DNA of 37,753 nucleotides from a virus (Duplodnaviria; Heunggongvirae; Uroviricota; Caudoviricetes): IMG/VR virus record IMGVR_UViG_2687453319_000001; one strand, 5' to 3'. Shown piece by piece: positions 1 to 8,710 of this stretch (position 1 is its first letter; each line of letters starts with the position of its first letter). The notes under the pieces were generated by a model. It saw only the letters and a program-made list of their open reading frames with translations, ran no database searches and was not told where the DNA came from. The position numbers and the translations under genes were made by a program.

Positions 1-370
1 GCGGCGTCGGGTATTACGGACTTCACGTAGCGTGGCGGGTTCGCAGGCCAGCGGCAAGACGGGCGCGGGGGAAGCGTCGATGCTTTCGCCAGCCAGTAAG
101 CGCGCGCGTCGTCTCTCAGTGGTTGATTGATCTTCTGCTGGTGCAGCAAATACGAGCGGAAATCATAGCGGGTGTCGATAGCCGGCAGCGATTCTCCGGC
201 CAGCAGGGCGTTAAGCTCATCGAAGAAAAGCGTAAAGCTGGAGGCATCCATAATCAGCAGGTCAATATTGACATGGAGGCGGTGGCGATTGTCCGGCAAG
301 AGCGTCAGCTGAAAATCAAACGTTTCGCCGATTTCCACGCGTAAAAGACGGTGGCTCAGGTGATGCGCCG
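1..370 (-). CDS. Partial host gene: NRPS heterocyclization (Cy) domain fragment (yersiniabactin/pyochelin-type synthetase-like), continues off the left edge
   Basis: Minus-strand frame open from ~455 to position 1. Translation ...[46 protein letters not shown]...[12 protein letters not shown] has the Cy-domain DxxxxDxxS signature (DLLIMDASS). A G5 run at 67-71 shifts the frame; the adjacent frame continues [11 protein letters not shown] (LPxxPxLPL motif). Upstream boundary uncertain (345-455). Confidence 0.5.
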
Positions 371-371
371 C

Positions 372-404
372 GCGATAAATGCACTCTATCTTGTGCGATA
401 AATG
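372..404. repeat. Two direct copies of GCGATAAATG (372-381, 395-404) near the prophage/host junction; candidate terminal transposase-binding repeats
   Basis: Exact 10-bp direct repeat 23 bp apart, located between the host NRPS-like frame and the invertase gene end. Confidence 0.3.
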
Positions 405-438
405 GCATCCACGCGGCGTTTCATTATTTGAAAAAGAA

Positions 439-1011
439 TTACATTTCAGGTTGCGTTATGACAGTCCCAACAGGGTGATAGCGGTAGATCGTTGACAGTC
501 CAATATCATAGATAATTGCCAGCCGCTTTCTGTCATACCCTTTCTGGAGCAATCTTGCGATCTGCTCATGCTGCTCCTTCGTCAGTTTCGGGCGACGTCC
601 TCCAACTCTTCCTTGTGCTCGCGCAGCAGCCAGTCCTGCCAGCGTGCGCTCAACTATCAGTTCACGCTCCATTTCTGCCAGTGCACCCATCATATGAAAA
701 AAGAACCTTCCCATCGGAGTGCTGGTATCGATTGAATCCGTCAGACTGCGAAAATTGACACCTTTTGCGCGTAGCTCTTCTGTGAGAGCAATGAGGTGTT
801 TCATTCTTCTACCCAACCGATCCAGCTTCCAGACCACCAATGTATCCCCTCTTTTAAGGCACTTTAAAGCGCGTTTCAGGCCTGGTCGTTCCGACTTGGT
901 TCCGCTCATTTTGTCCTCAAAAATCTGTTCACATCCTGCGCACATTAATGCATTGCGTTGCAAATCTGTGTTTTGGTCATTTGTTGACACACGTATGTAG
1001 CCAATCAGCAT
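439..1011 (-). CDS. Serine recombinase, DNA invertase of the Gin/Pin/Hin/Cin family
   Basis: ORF 439..1140 with likely start at Met44 (1011). Translation [22 protein letters not shown]...[14 protein letters not shown]...[24 protein letters not shown] matches the resolvase/invertase catalytic domain with the active-site Ser in RVST; sits next to the invertible fiber cassettes. Confidence 0.93.
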   Translation of the reverse strand: MLIGYIRVSTNDQNTDLQRNALMCAGCEQIFEDKMSGTKSERPGLKRALKCLKRGDTLVVWKLDRLGRRMKHLIALTEELRAKGVNFRSLTDSIDTSTPMGRFFFHMMGALAEMERELIVERTLAGLAAARAQGRVGGRRPKLTKEQHEQIARLLQKGYDRKRLAIIYDIGLSTIYRYHPVGTVITQPEM

Positions 1012-1065
1012 TAAAAATACTCCCTTTTGAGTGGTTAAAGTACTGAGATAATGTGGGGAGGATTT

Positions 1066-1091
1066 GAGAGATAAACGTTGGTTTGGGGGAA
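1066..1091 (+). other. gix/hix-like crossover site 1 (core AAACG-TT-GGTTTGGGGG), at start of a ~210-bp conserved junction repeat
   Basis: Sequence gagagataaacgTTggtttgggggaa; imperfect dyad resembling the Hin/Gin AAACC-AA-GGTTT core; inverted relative to sites 2 and 3. Confidence 0.6.
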
Positions 1092-1556
1092 GGCTCTGCA
1101 TTGCCTGTTGGTGTACCGGTTCCATGGCCCACCGCCACACCGCCAGCAGGCTGGTTACAGTGCAACGGAGCTACGTTCACCAAAGAACAATATCCTGTTC
1201 TGGCCAGAGTCTACCCGACCCTCCGTCTTCCCGATTTACGCGGTGAGTTTATCCGTGGATGGGACGACGGGCGCAAGATTGACGAGGGGCGTAAGTTGCT
1301 TTCATGGCAGAAAGGTACACTGGTCGGCGGTCATGACGATAACGATTCTTCGCTTGATATCTCGTACATGAGTAACGGAAATAATATTGACTATGGCGGC
1401 GATAAGGTGTTTGCGGGGAATTACCGTAGCGATTATTTGTGGTACGTAATTCTGGGAGGAACAAACAGTCGCGCAAAAGCCGAATTAAACGGAGCATTCT
1501 TTAACATAACCCGCCCCCGCAATATCGCGTTTAACTATATCGTGAGGGCGGCGTGA
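1083..1556 (+). CDS. Tail fiber C-terminal variable cassette A (silent in current orientation)
   Basis: Begins inside the crossover repeat (LGEGSALPVGVPVPWPTATPPAGWL..., no ATG; the ORF track start is a TTG). Conserved ~70 aa N-terminal junction shared with cassettes B and C; ends NIAFNYIVRAA, like lambda Stf / P2 H C-termini. Confidence 0.8.
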   Translation: MGEGSALPVGVPVPWPTATPPAGWLQCNGATFTKEQYPVLARVYPTLRLPDLRGEFIRGWDDGRKIDEGRKLLSWQKGTLVGGHDDNDSSLDISYMSNGNNIDYGGDKVFAGNYRSDYLWYVILGGTNSRAKAELNGAFFNITRPRNIAFNYIVRAA

Positions 1557-1562
1557 TACCGT

Positions 1563-2177
1563 TCAACTGGCAAGTGCCAGTGGCGCTTCCGGCCAGCTGA
1601 TTTCAGGTGCCGTGCTGATATCCAGTGCGTTCAGCTCGTCGATATAATCCAGCACGGCGTTCAGTTTTGCCGTTTCTTCTGGTGTCAGACTGCGACCAGC
1701 ACGCAGTTTGAGGTTGATAAGATCGACTGACGCCATCGCCTGTTTCACCCGTTGCTGGCGTTGCTGTCTGGCAACCTCCAGTTCTGCGGCTCGCTGCCGT
1801 TCAGTATCGGTTACCCACGCCTCACCGTTCCAGGTATCCCATGGCGTGGCTGGCTGTTTTGTGGTGGTGTCCGCCGGGTAATCACCCGGTTGGGTAATCA
1901 GAACAGGGTTACCGTTCTCCGTGCTGTATACCGTCTCGCCGCGGTGATCAGGCACATGCTCCCACCCGTTCAGCGTGGCAGTCCGGCAAACCACGTAACC
2001 CGAAATTGCCTCCGGCGGTGCATCGGCGCACGAATGTGCCGGAGTACCCACCCCAAGGGCGAGATACTCCACAGAGGATGAGGTGTATTCCCGGGTTTCC
2101 TCGTCATAGTGATATACAGTGATATCGCCCGCTACAGTGGCGATACCGTTTTCATCCAGAACTGCAGTGTTACTCAT
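1563..2177 (-). CDS. Tail fiber assembly protein (Tfa / Mu U / P2 G-like)
   Basis: 204 aa, directly downstream of cassette B with overlapping stop/start; C-terminal region ...LRAGRSLTPEETAKLNAVLDYIDELNALDIS typical of Tfa chaperones. Confidence 0.85.
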   Translation of the reverse strand: MSNTAVLDENGIATVAGDITVYHYDEETREYTSSSVEYLALGVGTPAHSCADAPPEAISGYVVCRTATLNGWEHVPDHRGETVYSTENGNPVLITQPGDYPADTTTKQPATPWDTWNGEAWVTDTERQRAAELEVARQQRQQRVKQAMASVDLINLKLRAGRSLTPEETAKLNAVLDYIDELNALDISTAPEISWPEAPLALAS

Positions 2178-2689
2178 TAAACTGCCCTCACAATGTAATT
2201 AAGTGCAATGCTACGGGGTCTGACAGTGATACCCTTCGCATACCCGCTTCTGATAGAGGTCAGAATAGTAGCCTGCATACCATTGTCTGACATTGCCACG
2301 ACAGGATCGCTGAATGTTGTCCCGTCCGGCATTTTAAAGCTGCCCTCACGAAGGTCTGTAATGGAATCTTCATTGTTGAATCCCATGCCGACTATCCCCG
2401 AGGTTCCCGTAGTGTCCTGGTTATAATAATCCAGCATTGCTGTTCTTAACAGCGTTGCCCCTTGTGCGGACAGCAACTTACGTCCTGTATCAACTTTGCG
2501 CCCGTCGTCCCATCCACGGATAAACTCACCGCGTAAATCGGGAAGACGGAGGGTCGGGTAGACTCTGGCCAGAACAGGATATTGTTCTTTTGTAAAGGCG
2601 CGCCCGTCGCACTTTAACCAGCCTGCTGGCGGTGTGGCGGTGGGCCATGGAACCGGTACACCAACAGGCAATGCAGAGCCTTCCCCCAA
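2177..2689 (-). CDS. Tail fiber C-terminal variable cassette B
   Basis: Starts in crossover repeat 2 with the same conserved junction (MGEGSALPVGVPVPWPTATPPAGWLKCDGRAFTKEQYPVLARVYPTLRLPDLRGEFIRGWDDGRK), divergent distal part, ends SIALNYIVRAV. Confidence 0.8.
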   Translation of the reverse strand: MGEGSALPVGVPVPWPTATPPAGWLKCDGRAFTKEQYPVLARVYPTLRLPDLRGEFIRGWDDGRKVDTGRKLLSAQGATLLRTAMLDYYNQDTTGTSGIVGMGFNNEDSITDLREGSFKMPDGTTFSDPVVAMSDNGMQATILTSIRSGYAKGITVRPRSIALNYIVRAV

Positions 2690-2707
2690 ACCAACGTTTT
2701 TATGCGG
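2682..2707 (-). other. gix/hix-like crossover site 2
   Basis: Reverse complement reads cataaaaacgTTggtttgggggaagg, identical to site 1 from the core onward. Confidence 0.6.
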
Positions 2708-3173
2708 CCCTTACGATGTAATTAAACGCAACATTGCGGGGGCGCATTGATATCCATGCCCCGGTAAAATTATCCTCCGCTGTCCTTTGAATACCCGTTA
2801 TAGAGTTATCTGCTGATGCAGGAACATAATCGCTATTATTTCCTGCTTTAGGATTAGCTGGGTTTCCAACGGTTATAACAGAATCAGCAGTAGCAAAAGC
2901 GATACCTACTTTGACATTAGTATTCAGATCGTAACCGTAATAATCCTGCAAAGCTGTACGAATAAATGTTGCAGCCTGACCACTTAGCAATGAACGCCCC
3001 GTATCAACTTTGCGCCCGTCGTCCCATCCACGGATAAACTCACCGCGTAAATCGGGAAGACGGAGGGTCGGGTAGACTCTGGCCAGAACAGGATATTGTT
3101 CTTTTGTAAAGGCGCGCCCGTCGCACTTTAACCAGCCTGCTGGCGGTGTGGCGGTGGGCCATGGAACAGGCAC
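2700..3173 (-). CDS. Tail fiber C-terminal variable cassette C (currently adjacent to the constant region)
   Basis: Same conserved junction (VPVPWPTATPPAGWLKCDGRAFTKEQYP...), ends NVAFNYIVRAA; lies between direct-repeat sites 3 and 2. Confidence 0.8.
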   Translation of the reverse strand: MPVPWPTATPPAGWLKCDGRAFTKEQYPVLARVYPTLRLPDLRGEFIRGWDDGRKVDTGRSLLSGQAATFIRTALQDYYGYDLNTNVKVGIAFATADSVITVGNPANPKAGNNSDYVPASADNSITGIQRTAEDNFTGAWISMRPRNVAFNYIVRAA

Positions 3174-3193
3174 ACCAACAGGCAGTGCAGAGC

Positions 3194-3219
3194 CTTCCCC
3201 AAACCAAGGTAATTGAGGA
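3194..3219 (-). other. gix/hix-like crossover site 3 at the constant/variable junction of the tail fiber gene
   Basis: Reverse complement reads caattaccTTggtttggggaagg; G run is 4 here but 5 in sites 1 and 2, which breaks the fusion frame. Confidence 0.6.
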
Positions 3220-4691
3220 CATCTTTTATACTGCCCTTAGCGATAATAGCGCGACCAATAGCTGTAAGGGTTGCCAGCGCTGCGCGGTCTGCTCCGGTAA
3301 AATAAGGCAACCGATCTGCTGCAGTGGCAAGTCCTGCCAGAGCAGTGAGCGTGGCATCTGCCGGTTGTTTTCCGTTTGCCAGATCGTATGCAGCCTTGAC
3401 CGCTTTCGGTGTGGCGGCCAGTATTTCAGACGTGCTGTTGATAGCACTGCTCAGTTGTACGGTGCCTTTTGCCGTCAGCGAGGCAGCAGGCACTCCCGTT
3501 ATCTGACTCCACGGGTGAGTGTGGCTGACGGGCGCCTTGCCGGCTGCAAGGTCGTATGCAGCCTTGACCGCCTTCGGCGTGGCAGCCTCAATTTCTGATT
3601 GACTGTCCGTGGCGCTGCTCAGTTGTACGGTGCCTTTTGCCGTCAGTGAAGCCGCAGGCACTCCCGTTATCTGACTCCACGGGTGAGTGTGGCTGGCAGG
3701 CGCCTTGCCGGCTGCCAGGTCGTATGCAGCCTTGACCGCTTTCGGTGTGGCGGCCAGTATTTCAGACGTGCTGTTGATGGCACTGCTCAGTTGTACGGTG
3801 CCTTTTGCCGTCAGCGAGGCAGCTGGCACTCCCGTTATCTGACTCCACGGGTGAGTGTGGCTGACGGGCGCCTTGCCGGCTGCAAGGTCGTATGCAGCCT
3901 TGACCGCCTTCGGCGTGGCAGCCTCAATTTCTGATTGACTGTCCGTGGCGCTGCTCAGTTGTACGGTGCCTTTTGCCGTCAGTGAAGCCGCAGGCACTCC
4001 CGTTATCTGACTCCACGGGTGAGTGTGGCTGGCAGGCGCCTTGCCGGCTGCCAGGTCGTATGCAGCCTTGACCGCTTTCGGTGTGGCGGCCAGTATTTCA
4101 GACGTGCTGTTGATGGCACTGCTCAGTTGTACGGTGCCTTTTGCCGTCAGCGAGGCAGCTGGCACTCCCGTTATCTGACTCCACGGGTGAGTGTGGCTGA
4201 CGGGCGCCTTGCCGGCTGCAAGGTCGTATGCAGCCTTGACCGCCTTCGGCGTGGCAGCCTCAGTTTCTGATTGACTGTCCGTGGCGCTGCTCAGTTGTAC
4301 GGTGCCTTTTGCCGTCAGTGAAGCCGCAGGCACTCCCGTTATCTGACTCCACGGGTGAGTGTGGCTGGCAGGCGCCTTGCCGGCTGCCAGGTCGTATGCA
4401 GCCTTGACCGCTTTTGGTGTGGCGGCCAGCGTTTCAGAGGTGCTGTTGGTGGCACTGCTCAGTTGGGTGAACCCTTAGCTGTCAGTGTCGCGTCCGGGTG
4501 GTTACGGGAACGTACGTGTTCAGCCAGTGACTGTGCGGCTTCCTCCGTTTTCTTCTTCAGCCATTTCGTCCTGTTTGCCAGTTGCCGGGGGCTCGATTTG
4601 ATATCCCGTCTGCACCACCCAGAACCGGATCTGATGTCTCCAGTTGATAGATATTTTCTTCCCACTTTTCTGTTTCATTCAGGTTTCCCAT
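3216..4691 (-). CDS. Tail fiber protein, constant N-terminal region (P2 H / lambda Stf-like), interrupted by single-base frameshifts
   Basis: ATG at 4691 four nt after the upstream stop. Segments AEHVRSRNHPDATLTAKG and LANGKQPADATLTALAGLATAADRLPYFTGADRAALATLT...DVLNYLGLG resemble P2 H / lambda Stf. Frame breaks at 4587-4591 (G5), 4470-4471 (AA) and 3197-3200 (C4). Confidence 0.85.
3390..4440. repeat. Tandem repeat array inside the tail fiber gene: ~6 units of 168 bp (two alternating variants, 336-bp super-period)
   Basis: Exact recurrences of tgactccacgggtgagtgtggctgacgggcgcc at 3504, 3840 and 4176 (336-bp spacing) and a variant at 3672; encodes repeated HTHPWSQITGVPAASLTAKGTVQLSSA...TPKAVKAAYDLAAGKAP units. 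Confidence 0.9.
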
Positions 4692-4693
4692 AA

Positions 4694-5272
4694 TCAACTG
4701 CTCCCGTGGTTATAACTGCCATCATGGATGGCGGTATTGTTATAGCGAATGGCCACAGACTGATACTCCAGGCTGGCCAGATGGCAGCGGGCCGGTGCAA
4801 ATGCAGCCAGCGTCTGACGCAGCATCGCGGCCTGATCGTTAGTAATGGGCTGTTTCAGAATAACGCGATAAACTGCCCAGGCGGCTGCATCTCCATGAAC
4901 AAACAGTCCGTTATAGCTGCGATTGCCGTCGTAACTGAGACGACCTGTGCCTTCAATCAGATCCACTTCACCAAAGCCAAAACGGCGGATAACTTCCCGG
5001 ATTGACCACGGCGTCCCTTTATACCGGTGCAGTTCGATGGCTGCTTTTATAAGCATGCGGCGAACATCGTCCGATTCCGCCAGCTCCCAGCCATCGCCAG
5101 ACAGTGAGAACTGCTCGCCCAGCCATGGCAGCGCAGAACTGTCGACGATATCGACGAGAAAGACCATCAGTACGCTCAGGTCGATGTTATCCAGCCGTCC
5201 TGCCAGTCTTCCCAGCGTCCTGAGACTGATATCACCCTCAAGCGGTGGCGGGAGTTGTAATGGCTCAGTCAT
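4694..5272 (-). CDS. Baseplate/tail protein I-like (P2 gpI / Mu gp48-like)
   Basis: 192 aa, between the J-like gene and the tail fiber as in P2 V-W-J-I-H-G order; family assignment by position and recalled similarity. Confidence 0.6.
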   Translation of the reverse strand: MTEPLQLPPPLEGDISLRTLGRLAGRLDNIDLSVLMVFLVDIVDSSALPWLGEQFSLSGDGWELAESDDVRRMLIKAAIELHRYKGTPWSIREVIRRFGFGEVDLIEGTGRLSYDGNRSYNGLFVHGDAAAWAVYRVILKQPITNDQAAMLRQTLAAFAPARCHLASLEYQSVAIRYNNTAIHDGSYNHGSS

Positions 5273-6368
5273 CAGACACTCCAGTCATGTTAAGAGTGAT
5301 TGCCGTACAGTTTGCCCATTCGTTTTCTGCCACCACCCTCAGTGCCGGTGTCACCAGTTCAACCTGGTACACCCCGGAAACGGACAATGCACTGATAATC
5401 TGGCTGGGGACAATATCACGCCCCAGCGTGGCGGCACGTGATGCCACCCAGTTCTGTATGGCGCTGTTAGCGGCATCTTTTACAGACCTGGCATCCTGAT
5501 CACGATAGATCGTAATCCTGGCTTCAATGGTGTAATCCACCTTCACTGGTGTTTTAGCCCGCACTGTATCAGTGAGTGGCCTGACTTTCTCATCAGAGCA
5601 GAAACTCTCTACCAGCGTGAGAACACCGCCGTCCGGCAGACCGGTACTGAGCAGCGGATACAGATCTACGGTCCCGGGAACCGGGGAAAGCACAGCAACA
5701 TCGACAATGTTGGGATGGGCCTGCATGGCATGAAAGCGGTATGCGCCACGGCTTCCGGCATTGGTGAATGACTCCGGGGCCAGCCTGATACGCTCCCGGA
5801 GCCTGTCATCGTCTTCCTGTTCTGAACCGCCGGAACTGGCCGTCAGATTGCTCACCAGCAGGTCGACGTTATCAATCTCATCGAGTAACTGACTGACCTG
5901 CGCAGGTTGCCAGCCGTTACCAGCGGTACCGGGTTCGGTACAGGTGGACGTGACATTGACCAGCAGCAATCCGGCCTTCAGTACCACATCTGTATCGGTG
6001 GCAAAAATAACGCTGTCGGAAGCGCTGACGCGGGTGCCTGCCGGGATCAGCACATCAATGGCCAGTGCCTCATCTACGGAGAACTGGAGCGTGGTGGTGG
6101 CAGGCTGCGCGGCAAGACGGTATACACCAACCAGTTCACCGAGGTAATCAATCATCGGCTCACGGGCAAAGGCGACCAGATTCTGCTTTGCTGCCTCCTG
6201 TACCGCAACCCTGACCAGCATTTCGCGATAGGCCCACAGATCAATCAGCAGACGTTCTGCCTGTGCCGGGTACAGCGTTTTGCCGGTATCCGCTTCATAC
6301 TTCGCAATCATTTCTGCCGTGATTTTGTCGGCATCGCGTTCAATAAAATCGGGTTCTGTCAGCGCCAT
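5265..6368 (-). CDS. Baseplate J-like protein (P2 gpJ / Mu gp47-like)
   Basis: 367 aa; position between W-like and I-like genes; start overlaps the upstream stop. Confidence 0.75.
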   Translation of the reverse strand: MALTEPDFIERDADKITAEMIAKYEADTGKTLYPAQAERLLIDLWAYREMLVRVAVQEAAKQNLVAFAREPMIDYLGELVGVYRLAAQPATTTLQFSVDEALAIDVLIPAGTRVSASDSVIFATDTDVVLKAGLLLVNVTSTCTEPGTAGNGWQPAQVSQLLDEIDNVDLLVSNLTASSGGSEQEDDDRLRERIRLAPESFTNAGSRGAYRFHAMQAHPNIVDVAVLSPVPGTVDLYPLLSTGLPDGGVLTLVESFCSDEKVRPLTDTVRAKTPVKVDYTIEARITIYRDQDARSVKDAANSAIQNWVASRAATLGRDIVPSQIISALSVSGVYQVELVTPALRVVAENEWANCTAITLNMTGVSDD

Positions 6369-6705
6369 AGCAGCTCCTGAGTCCGGGTCTGTCCGTCTGA
6401 GCCTTTCCAGCTCACCCGGAGCGTAAGATGTTCGCCGTCGACGGCGGGTTTAACTGACATAAGCTGGCAGCGGGGCTCCCAGCGCCGGATGGCATCGACG
6501 GATTCGCGCACCACATGCGGAATGGCCCGGTCTACAGGCCAGTCGATATAAAGATGCAGATTGCTGCCGAACTCCGGGCGATGCGGGTCGCTGCCGCGGG
6601 GAGTCCGCAGGATAATTTGAATCGCCTGCCGGATATCATCCAGCCCCGGACAATTTCGCCGGGAGCCTGCAGGGCTGGTTGCCAGAATACTGAGGTCGTT
6701 TTCAT
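6359..6705 (-). CDS. Baseplate wedge protein W-like (GPW/gp25 lysozyme-like fold family), apparent frameshift
   Basis: ATG at 6705 (MKTTSVFWQPALQAPGEIVRG) continues in another frame as LDDIRQAIQIILRTPRGSDPHRPEFGSNLHLYIDWP...RRWEPRCQL; frames join if the C4 run at 6644-6647 were C5. Confidence 0.6.
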
Positions 6706-6759
6706 GGGGGCAGTATTGCCCCCGTGCGGGAACGCTGATATTAAAGGCGTTTAAGAAGC

Positions 6760-7356
6760 TCAGTGGGAGTGGTGGCTGGAGTTTTCGCCATCAGACAGCA
6801 TACTGCCCGTGGCATGGGCATTCCCTTTAATCTCGATATTGCCATGGATGGTCGCGGTAACACCTTTACCACCAGAACCCGCCATGCCTCCTTCGTAAAT
6901 CAGCTTTCCCCTGACACGCAGATCTCCGGTAAGTTCGGTTTCCGGTGCGTCAATCGTGGCTTTCTGTGTTTTCAATACCACATCAGCACCACACTCAATG
7001 ACAATATGCTCAATGCCGCCCCGGATGGTCAGAGTGTGCGTCTTCCGGTTGTAGCTGTACTCTGCACCATCAGCAAACCGGGTTCCCCGGATATTTTTGT
7101 CACTGAACGGTGGTTTATCGACGTCTGAATACACCGCGCCCAGAATAACACCATCCTCGCCGTTGGCATCGAGCAGCACCTCAACCTGCTCCCCCACGTC
7201 AGGGAGCCAGTAATCTTTGTTATCCTGGGTATTACGCTGCAGCACGTTAAGCCAGTTTGTGCGCAGGTTATCGCATTCAGGCAGACGAACGCGGGCCTGA
7301 ACCCTGTCGGCATCAACGGCACTGACCGTACCGACCTGACGAGTGACACCAGTCAT
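6760..7356 (-). CDS. Baseplate assembly/spike protein V-like (P2 gpV / Mu gp45-like)
   Basis: 198 aa with glycine-rich C-terminal part; position upstream of the W-like gene. Confidence 0.8.
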   Translation of the reverse strand: MTGVTRQVGTVSAVDADRVQARVRLPECDNLRTNWLNVLQRNTQDNKDYWLPDVGEQVEVLLDANGEDGVILGAVYSDVDKPPFSDKNIRGTRFADGAEYSYNRKTHTLTIRGGIEHIVIECGADVVLKTQKATIDAPETELTGDLRVRGKLIYEGGMAGSGGKGVTATIHGNIEIKGNAHATGSMLSDGENSSHHSH

Positions 7357-8507
7357 TTTTTCTTCTCCTTAATCACCGTCGATGTACTGCCATCCGGGTG
7401 ATAAACCGTGAGTTTCTGAGTTTTTTGTTTTTTCCCTCTTGTGACTGGCCCCCGTGCCACTTCCAGCTCTGTGGTGTAGCCGCTGTTACGGTCAAACGCA
7501 TGGCGGGCAGTGGTTATGAGCCATGGCCCGGATAACTGCCCAAAACCCACCAGTTCAATTTTGTTGCCTGCTGTCAGTTGAGGTGTTCCCGTCAGCGTCA
7601 GGGAGCCGTTCTGCTGGTATTCGTTATGTCTGGCCAGTGCTGAATCCGCTTTAATCCGGGCACTGTCCGGGTCGCTGACGCGGCTGTTAACTTTAAGTGA
7701 GTCAGCGCTGGTAACCTTACCACCTTTGAGCTTTTTGTCGCTTTCACGGGTACCACCATCAGCTTCGTGGACGATCAGTTTTTTACTGCTGCTTTTCTGG
7801 TGTTTTACCTTTGCAGATTTATAGACCCGGTTGATGGTGTCACGCAGGGAAAAGCGGGCCACATCCTGCGGTTTTAACTGCCTGACCGTCTCCTGACTGC
7901 GCAGTGTGGCCAGATGAGAAAAAATCAGCTGGTCACTGACCACTTTCACTGCATAACCATACTCGCTGGCCAGCCGGCGCAGAAAACCCACGTCGGTTTC
8001 AGCATACTGGGTCACCCGGTCGATTCTGATGGACTCAATGCTGCCCACCAGTTTCAGCCGGTGCTTTCTGGCAATCCGCCCCGCAACAGCTGCCAGCGTG
8101 GTGTTCTCAAAACCACGGCTGGATTTAGTCCGCAGAGCACTGTTAACCGAGGTGGCCACCCCACGGATAGAAACAACGGAAGCGGGCGAACTCACTTCGA
8201 TCTCGTCTATAGAGAACGTACCGCAGGACAGCAGCTTCTCGCCCTGATAGCCCATTTTCAGCGTCAGCGTGTCACCCTTGCCCGGATACCACTTATCCAG
8301 CCAGCGGCCATCGGTGTCGTCCAGCTCCACCTCAATGGTATCGGACTCATTTTTGATGTTATCGCTCCAGGTCACACGGGTGACATAAGGCGCGATATCA
8401 GAGGTGATGTTTTTCTGCAGATACCACAGAGTGAACACCGGTGTCAGCACATCGCTGACGCCGGTTAACGCTGATGTGACTTGCGCAGTGCTGTTTATCT
8501 CAGCCAT
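7353..8507 (-). CDS. Baseplate hub / late control D-like protein (P2 gpD / Mu gp44-like)
   Basis: 384 aa, size and position between tail X/U-like genes and V. Confidence 0.65.
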   Translation of the reverse strand: MAEINSTAQVTSALTGVSDVLTPVFTLWYLQKNITSDIAPYVTRVTWSDNIKNESDTIEVELDDTDGRWLDKWYPGKGDTLTLKMGYQGEKLLSCGTFSIDEIEVSSPASVVSIRGVATSVNSALRTKSSRGFENTTLAAVAGRIARKHRLKLVGSIESIRIDRVTQYAETDVGFLRRLASEYGYAVKVVSDQLIFSHLATLRSQETVRQLKPQDVARFSLRDTINRVYKSAKVKHQKSSSKKLIVHEADGGTRESDKKLKGGKVTSADSLKVNSRVSDPDSARIKADSALARHNEYQQNGSLTLTGTPQLTAGNKIELVGFGQLSGPWLITTARHAFDRNSGYTTELEVARGPVTRGKKQKTQKLTVYHPDGSTSTVIKEKKK

Positions 8508-8710
8508 GGGGCAATATCCTCTTCTGTACGGGCTTCTTCAGTCTCAATCACCGGGATCAGTAACAACAGCCCGGAGGGCAGCACCGGCGTGATGGCCACG
8601 TGCGGATTGGCGGCAATAATCCGGGGATAGCCCAGCGGGTCACCGTAGTACTGCCATGCCAGCGAATCCCAGCGCTCTCCGTCACGGGTAACATGTTCAA
8701 GAAACATCAC
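8495..8710 (-). CDS. Tail protein X-like (small LysM-like protein)
   Basis: 71 aa: ...DGERWDSLAWQYYGDPLGYPRIIAANPHVAITPVLPSGLLLLIP resembles P2 gpX. Confidence 0.55.
   Translation of the reverse strand: MMFLEHVTRDGERWDSLAWQYYGDPLGYPRIIAANPHVAITPVLPSGLLLLIPVIETEEARTEEDIAPWLR

Noticed and set aside
123-344. 73-aa + strand ORF at the left edge
   Set aside because: Antisense to the much more convincing NRPS Cy-domain frame on the minus strand; no RBS or recognisable motif.
1011-1140. N-terminal 43-codon extension of the invertase ORF (start at 1140)
   Set aside because: The extension overlaps crossover site 1 and the cassette A start; invertase family proteins begin at the MLIGYIRVS motif.
3683-4270. 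Two identical 83-aa + strand ORFs (3683..3934 and 4019..4270)
   Set aside because: By-products of the 336-bp tandem repeat read antisense to the tail fiber gene; not independent genes.
3390-4440. Possible CRISPR array because of regular direct repeats
   Set aside because: Repeats are 168 bp, in-frame, protein-coding and contiguous without unique spacers; there are no cas genes.
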